DNA of 64,000 nucleotides from Legionellales bacterium (GTDB lineage Bacteria; Pseudomonadota; Gammaproteobacteria; JAGOUN01): NCBI GenBank assembly GCA_027486005.1, contig JAIXPZ010000042.1, positions 2,894 to 66,893 of the forward strand, read 5' to 3'. Shown piece by piece: positions 58,659 to 64,000 of this stretch (position 1 is its first letter; each line of letters starts with the position of its first letter). The notes under the pieces were generated by a model. It saw only the letters and a program-made list of their open reading frames with translations, ran no database searches and was not told where the DNA came from. The position numbers and the translations under genes were made by a program.

Positions 58659-59324
58659 TTATGTAATTTTACTTATTTTTAATTTTTCATCTACTTTATT
58701 TACCGTGAGAATACATTGCATTTCACAAGCCGGTGATTCTAATGAGGTAGCGCGTAATGTAATATGATGCTCTTCATAACCTGGAATAAATATATCAGGG
58801 GCAAGCGCGCCATGCAGAAAGTACAATTTAATTTTCCCATCTTTTTTCGCTTCATTATAGTTAGCTATAGGTATAAAGGTTTTTTCTCCTTTATTAAGTG
58901 AAAAATTGTGTTTAAAATGATGTGTTATTTTTTCACTTTTAGCGCCAATAGTTTCAATAACGAATTCGCAATTTGATAAAAGTTTATTACCTGTGTTGTG
59001 AATTGCTATGGAAATTATTCGATATCGATCGCTAGGACTGGTACTTTGAATTTTTTCAAAATTTCCCTCGGTACCGATTAGAATAGTAAGAGAATATGTC
59101 GGCATCAACTGAATGATACAAGCGAACACTATAAATCCCACTAAAAAGCACATAGCAAAAACAGAAGTTAAAGATTGTGCCGGTATGAGTCCATAGTGCA
59201 TTAGAATAAGGCAACCAGCTACGCCGAAAATGGCAAAAAGCACACCCGCTACGCAGCATGTCACAAATTGCCGTTGAGAAAAGCTTTGACTACATCGCTC
59301 TAAAATAGAGTAAAATTTATCCAA
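58659..59324 (-). CDS. hypothetical two-TM membrane protein
   Basis: 221 aa; two N-terminal TM helices and a beta-rich soluble domain. Confidence 0.6.
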   Translation of the reverse strand: MDKFYSILERCSQSFSQRQFVTCCVAGVLFAIFGVAGCLILMHYGLIPAQSLTSVFAMCFLVGFIVFACIIQLMPTYSLTILIGTEGNFEKIQSTSPSDRYRIISIAIHNTGNKLLSNCEFVIETIGAKSEKITHHFKHNFSLNKGEKTFIPIANYNEAKKDGKIKLYFLHGALAPDIFIPGYEEHHITLRATSLESPACEMQCILTVNKVDEKLKISKIT

Positions 59325-59449
59325 AATGAAACCTGCTGAATTAGTGTGATTGTTTAGTCTAAGATATTGATTACTAAAATCAAAGTCGTATTTTTTTTAG
59401 GTAAGGGGGTTCCGACGCTTTCGCCTCCACAACCCCAAATACTTCAATT

Positions 59450-59737
59450 TTAATCGTCAGACTTACTGTTAACCGCTTCTTTCAACTGAGTCGCTGGCTT
59501 GAAGTTGACCACTACTGAGCGTGGGATAATCATTTCTTTTCCCGTTGATGGATTGCGGCCTTTTCTTTCTTCTCTTATTTTAGTCGCAAAGTTACCGAAT
59601 TTTGGCACAGCAATCTTATCTTGTTTAGCAAGATTCTCTGTGATTGTTTCAAATATCGCCATAAAAATGGTATCTACATCTACTTTAGTAGCGCCTGTTT
59701 TTTCTGCAATAACGGCAAGGAGTTCGGCTTTAGTCAT
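59450..59737 (-). CDS. hup: HU family DNA-binding protein
   Basis: MTKAELL..IAEKTG, FGNF, RKGRNPSTG, FKPA..LKEAVN. Confidence 0.92.
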   Translation of the reverse strand: MTKAELLAVIAEKTGATKVDVDTIFMAIFETITENLAKQDKIAVPKFGNFATKIREERKGRNPSTGKEMIIPRSVVVNFKPATQLKEAVNSKSDD

Positions 59738-60094
59738 CGATTATCTCTCTTTTTGTGGTTAAAAGTGAGCGCAGATCCTATCATATCTGTAGATCAACCT
59801 CATGCTCTTATTTCATTTGATCGTCTTGGAGTGAGCAATAAACAGCCATATTATTGCGTCAAGACGATCATTTTTCTTAGATTCTTTGGGCAATAAATAA
59901 GAACAACTATCCCAAATAGCTGTGTATTTTTGCTTAAAGAATCTTGCGTTTTTGTTTGAAAATTTTGGTGATAGGTCAAAAATTTGGAACAAAAAACGCT
60001 CCTATAGTAAACATGTACTTAATGATTTTGTTGCAAAGTTTAGCGCAACCTAGTCATTAAGTGGGTGTTTGCGGTTCTGGCAAAAGCGTTAGCG

Positions 60095-60410
60095 TTGCGA
60101 TGCGTCACTGCGATGAGCGCTTTACTAAGCGTGATATTACGCAGTGACGCAGCGAAAGCTGTTCGAAAAAGCGTTTGTAATCAACTGATTACAAACACAT
60201 GGAAGCGTGGAAAAAAACGCTCGGCGTTTTTTTGCAGTTTTTAAGCGCGGACATCAAAAAAATCCGCGCGCCTGTTGGCTGTGGAACTCGTGTGTCAAAC
60301 CGCAGGTTTGTCTACATTTCCACATATTGTGAAATTGTGAATTGCGTGCGTAAACTTTTTTTGTAAGCACCTGTTTGCAAAAAAATGTTTTCCACGCTAT
60401 TCACAATTTT
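60095..60410. other. cluster of inverted repeats; candidate oriT / single-strand origin
   Basis: GCGTCACTGCG...CGCAGTGACGC; GTTTGTAATCA-AC-TGATTACAAAC (contains IHF consensus); AAAAAAACGC/GCGTTTTTTT; GCGCGGA/TCCGCGC; long TTGTGAA...TTCACAA stem; non-coding. Confidence 0.45.
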
Positions 60411-60460
60411 TTCTAAAAAATATTGAAAAAGTAAAAGAATTCGGTAATATAAGGAAATGA

Positions 60461-60512
60461 GGATTACTGATGAGCGGGCGAAATTCCTGTGAAACCAGAA
60501 ATGGTCTAATCC
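60461..60512 (+). ncRNA. type I hammerhead ribozyme
   Basis: GGATTA-CTGATGA-GCGGG(CGAAATT)CCTGT-GAAA-CCA(GAAA)TGG-TC^-TAATCC: complete core, three stems, GUC cleavage after 60506; TTGAAA/TAATAT promoter-like motif at 60423-60450. Confidence 0.9.
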
Positions 60513-60514
60513 AA

Positions 60515-60629
60515 ACTGCTGTTATCTTAACTCTTTAGTCGTCAGCGGAGCATTTAGCTTAGAGTCATTGGGATATAAATGCAAAACTTAGCTTTTGCCA
60601 ATCGTCCTGACAAATCGTTCGCGATTTGA
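60515..60629 (+). ncRNA. unidentified structured RNA, copy B
   Basis: Homologous to 55742-55848; begins 2 nt after the hammerhead. Confidence 0.65.
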
Positions 60630-60906
60630 CCTACCTTTATTTTGTTACAACTTAACATTTTGAAACTTTATTATTTAAAAATTTAACATTGACAACGGCG
60701 ATTATTTGATTGGTCTATTTTTAATCCATTTAAATTTAACATAACGAATTGTCTGACAATTAGAAGTGAAAAATTGAGTTTGGTATTGACTAAACAATTA
60801 ACGCGTAACACGACAATGGCATTGTCGCTCAAGTTATTTGAGCGACCTGCTTTAAACATTTACTGACTGATACTGTAATATTTTACTTAACACTTTAGGA
60901 ACACCT

Positions 60907-61131
60907 ATGGAAACGCTAGAAAAACTGAACATAGAAAATGACACAACTGAAGCATCGAAAAAGCAACGACTATTAAGCGACGAAACGTATCAACTATTGA
61001 TGAACACTCAAGAAACGATATTTAATGAAACTGGATTTAGGGTACCTCTTAGAAAGATATTCGATAAACTTGTTAACACGGAATCAATGCATCACATATC
61101 AAGTACATTTATTCAAAAATTTAATTCTTAA
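60907..61131 (+). CDS. small hypothetical protein, possibly ribbon-helix-helix-like
   Basis: 74 aa, AGGA RBS; RLLSDETYQLL...PLRKIFDKLV pattern. Confidence 0.6.
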   Translation: METLEKLNIENDTTEASKKQRLLSDETYQLLMNTQETIFNETGFRVPLRKIFDKLVNTESMHHISSTFIQKFNS

Positions 61132-61298
61132 TTCACTTAAAACTTAACATTCAACACTTAAAAAAGGAGAACTTATGACTGAAACTTGTAAGCAATAAAA
61201 AAACTGAGACTTGAGCATCTTTTTAAGATGCTTACCACTTATGGGATAACTGTAACGTGGTAGCTCATTTACACTAAACTAATGTAGAGTTTGACGAA

Positions 61299-62129
61299 AT
61301 GGCATATACCATACAGCGGCCACTTGCTGAATTTAGAGAAATTCTAGCGACTTATAAACAAGGGTCACCCAGAACAAGAAACGGCTATAAGTCGGTTATT
61401 AAAGTCATTATTAAAGACTTATTCTTTTTGAAAGTGTTTTTCAATTCATTTCATGAGGTGTCTCTCGACCAGATTAATAGCCTTATTAATCATTGGAAAA
61501 AAAGAAAATTATTGAATGTGACTATTGGGAGTAGGCTTTCAATTTTACGAAAATATTTAGGATTGTTAAATCATTCAGTTCCCTTTCCATCCAATTTAGA
61601 GCTGGGCCTTACAAGAAAAAAATCAAAGTTAACGGTGGCACTTATTGCTGCTCCACTACAAATACTCGATCAAGTTGAACATCGGTTGACGAAATATATT
61701 TTGAAATTACAAATTTATTTCGGTCTTACGAAGCAGGAAGCCATAAAATTTCGAATTCAACCTTATCAGGCCGTTAAAAATGCACTGTATATATCGAAAT
61801 CAGTTTCTCATAATAACAAGGATAGATTGATCAGCCTCCATTTTCCAGAACAAGAACAGTTGCTAAGTCAACTTGCTATTGAGCTCGGGTTAAAACTCTC
61901 ACTATCTGAAAAATATGATAAGGTTACCCTTGTGAATTTATATAACACCGAACTTGTGCTTGCTAATCATTCATCGAAAACTTCATTTAGAGCGCTTTAC
62001 GCACGCAATCTTTTTGACTATCTCGTTAATCAACAGCAACTCACAAAAAAAGAAGCGCTTGTTGAAATAGCAGGGGAGATGGGGATTTCTGATTTAAAAT
62101 TGATACGGGATTGGATAAGCGATGAGTAA
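61299..62129 (+). CDS. tyrosine-recombinase-like protein with degenerate active site
   Basis: Paralog of the next gene (LINHWK, TIGSRLSILR, LQIYFGL..EAIKF), but catalytic motifs read GLTKQE, SHNNKDR, SFRALYA, EMGI. Confidence 0.75.
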   Translation: MAYTIQRPLAEFREILATYKQGSPRTRNGYKSVIKVIIKDLFFLKVFFNSFHEVSLDQINSLINHWKKRKLLNVTIGSRLSILRKYLGLLNHSVPFPSNLELGLTRKKSKLTVALIAAPLQILDQVEHRLTKYILKLQIYFGLTKQEAIKFRIQPYQAVKNALYISKSVSHNNKDRLISLHFPEQEQLLSQLAIELGLKLSLSEKYDKVTLVNLYNTELVLANHSSKTSFRALYARNLFDYLVNQQQLTKKEALVEIAGEMGISDLKLIRDWISDE

Positions 62130-63015
62130 TACCGCGTTAGGAAGTGCTTATTATACGGCTTCTAAGACGATTAGTCGGGCAAGGCTATCGCATCAGTCTT
62201 TGAACGATTACAAAGGTATTCTGCGCCTTAGTCTGCAGCAGTTAAGTCAGTTGGGATTTAAATTACGTTCTATTGATCAACTAAAACAAAAACATGTCGA
62301 TAAACTTATTATGGGTTGGAAGGAAAGTCAGCTATCCTCTGGAACGATTAAAAATCGGCTTTCTGTTTTAAGACGTGTGACGGAACTAACGGGAAGAGAG
62401 CAAGTTATTAAAAATAATGCAGAATATCATATTGCGCCGCGACGATATTATACCGAAATATCAAAAGCAGTACATGTTATCGATTTAGATAGAATTGAAG
62501 ACCCTTATGTACGAGCGTCATTAGAATTACAAAAGGAGTTTGGTTTGCGCAGGGAGGAGGCGATTAAATTTAAGCCCCATCAAGCAGATGAAAAATTAGC
62601 CATTAGATTACAAGGTTCCTGGACAAAAGGAGGAATCCCCCGATTAATACCCATTACACGCCAATCACAACGTGAATGTTTAGATCGAATCAAGTTGTTA
62701 GTAGGTAAAAAAGATTCACTCATTCCAAAAGAACTAACCTATCGGCAACAACGTAATCGCTATGATTATTTTACAAAGAAAAATGGATATCACAAGCTTC
62801 ATGGGTTGCGCCACGCGTATGCGCAACACCGATATGAAGCAATCACGAATGAAATGACAAAAGGCTATGGTTGGAAATCACCTATTGATGGTGGGCCAAG
62901 TACATCACAGATGAATGCTTATGAAAGACACGTTGATCTACAAGCGCGACTTATGATCAGCCACGAACTCGGGCATTCGAGACTAGCCATAGTGAGGAGC
63001 TATTGTGGAAAGTAG
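62122..63015 (+). CDS. tyrosine recombinase (integrase N-terminal SAM-like + Integrase_1-type)
   Basis: TIKNRLSVLR, FGLRREEA, WTKGG..R, HGLRHAYA, ELGHSR.....Y intact. Confidence 0.9.
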   Translation: MSNTALGSAYYTASKTISRARLSHQSLNDYKGILRLSLQQLSQLGFKLRSIDQLKQKHVDKLIMGWKESQLSSGTIKNRLSVLRRVTELTGREQVIKNNAEYHIAPRRYYTEISKAVHVIDLDRIEDPYVRASLELQKEFGLRREEAIKFKPHQADEKLAIRLQGSWTKGGIPRLIPITRQSQRECLDRIKLLVGKKDSLIPKELTYRQQRNRYDYFTKKNGYHKLHGLRHAYAQHRYEAITNEMTKGYGWKSPIDGGPSTSQMNAYERHVDLQARLMISHELGHSRLAIVRSYCGK

Positions 63016-63431
63016 TTGGGCCAAATTACCATTATCTGTTGTTTTTAATATCAAGCTCGATGATTTTTTCATGATAAATCTTGTATTGCGATTTGTTACG
63101 GTATAAGTGAAAAATAATCAGACATATTTTTTAAAATTTGATGACCCCATAACCTCAGTTATCGGACCACAACTACGATAATGTTTTTTATTTTATCATT
63201 ATATATTTATAAAATGTCTGTTTTAGCAAAAGCAAATTACGTTTTAGGGGCAGAAATGTAATCGCTCCCTGAGTTACACTTTTAGACCGCTTTTGGAGTT
63301 GGAGCCAGAAATTTTCCTATTCATTATTTCAAAATCATCAAGGTAATAAATTTACACGCGCCGGTATAAATTATATACTTCAAAAATACGAACGTAAGGT
63401 ACAAGAAATTTATCCGCATTTTAAGCAGACT

Positions 63432-63668
63432 ATCAGTCCGCATACGCTACGGCATACAAAGGGTATGCACTTACTGCAAGGAGGCGTTTCTTTAGATATA
63501 ATTCGTGATTTCTTGGGTCATGTAGACATTAAAACAACAGAAATTTATGCAAGAGCCAATCTTGAGATGAAACGTGCAGCACTTGAAAAAGTAAGTACAA
63601 CACAAACGCCTAAACTGCCTTCCTGGAAAGAAAATAAGTCGTTATTGCAATGGCTACAATCGTTATAG
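63432..63668 (+). pseudogene. C-terminal fragment of a XerD/RIT-like tyrosine recombinase
   Basis: ISPHTLRHTKGMHLLQGGVSLDIIRDFLGHVDIKTTEIYAR with no intact N-terminal reading frame. Confidence 0.8.
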
Positions 63669-63872
63669 AATAACGTATACGTTGCTCTAATCGCGGCCCA
63701 CAAATAAATCTTAGAATGCCCAGCGTTTTCAGTGCTATTTTTGCTCATTTTGAAGCAATATTTTCTACGATTTGCAATTAACGCATTATTTTTTTATACC
63801 TTCATATTTATTTAATGTTTCAGTGTAAGAATGCTGAAAATTGCTCTCTAGAAAATTAAAAGGTGAAGCAGT

Positions 63873-64000
63873 ATGGATCCAGTTAGTATAGCAAGTGCCA
63901 TAGTCAAATTAGCGCAAGAAATATATCGTTTAGTGAATTTGGCGGAGAGCAACCAAAAAAAACTAAAAACATTAGCAAAAACCATTGAGCAAACTATCAC
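63873..64000 (+). CDS. partial ORF with MLKL/HeLo-like N-terminal helix pattern
   Basis: MDPVSIASAIVKLAQEIYRLVNLAESNQKKLKTLAKTIEQTI..., AGGTG RBS; runs off the window. Confidence 0.55.
   Translation, partial: MDPVSIASAIVKLAQEIYRLVNLAESNQKKLKTLAKTIEQTI

Larger units (their letters stand above)
2765..63015. mobile_element. conjugative plasmid/ICE with PFGI-1-class (GI-type) T4SS; boundaries not determined and may extend beyond the window
   Basis: Integrases, parA plus iterons plus rep-like gene, T4SS operon, traD, topB, leading-region-like genes and defence cargo; no core chromosomal housekeeping operons seen. No att/tRNA junction found. Confidence 0.7.

Noticed and set aside
1..64000. tRNA-anchored attL/attR defining the element ends
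   Set aside because: No tRNA/tmRNA or long terminal direct repeat was found by eye; boundaries and plasmid-versus-ICE status remain open.

Overview
AT-rich (~36% GC by eye) window that looks like most of a conjugative plasmid/ICE from a Legionellales/Coxiellaceae-like gammaproteobacterium. The host assignment is inferred from gene content only. Left part (1-25 kb) is cargo: ankyrin/TPR effector-like genes, an AbiF/Abi_2 HEPN toxin preceded by two copies of a structured RNA, a tyrosine recombinase, a DUF3987/YfjI gene, and a type I R-M operon with inserted Abi_C, membrane and Schlafen/AlbA_2 genes. The centre holds an RmInt1-like group II intron whose removal restores a parS palindrome, next to DnaA-like boxes, a 12-bp iteron field, parA and a putative rep gene; then a nucleosidase-VUT transporter-cupin module and an XRE/S24 repressor. 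Next is a PFGI-1/GI-type T4SS operon with traD and topB; no relaxase is visible. The right part is a leading-region-like array with repeated RBS-sequestering leaders, histone-like and HU genes, a hairpin-rich oriT-like region, a type I hammerhead ribozyme, and a dead+active tyrosine recombinase pair. Strongest novelty candidates: (1) a ~110-nt covarying, pseudoknotted RNA present twice, one copy immediately behind the hammerhead; (2) the group II intron inserted in parS, with matching EBS1; (3) tandem AbiF RNA repeats; (4) an ankyrin-trypsin-HNH fusion. No tRNA, rRNA or CRISPR array was seen. All family calls are by motif recognition; no database searches were run.
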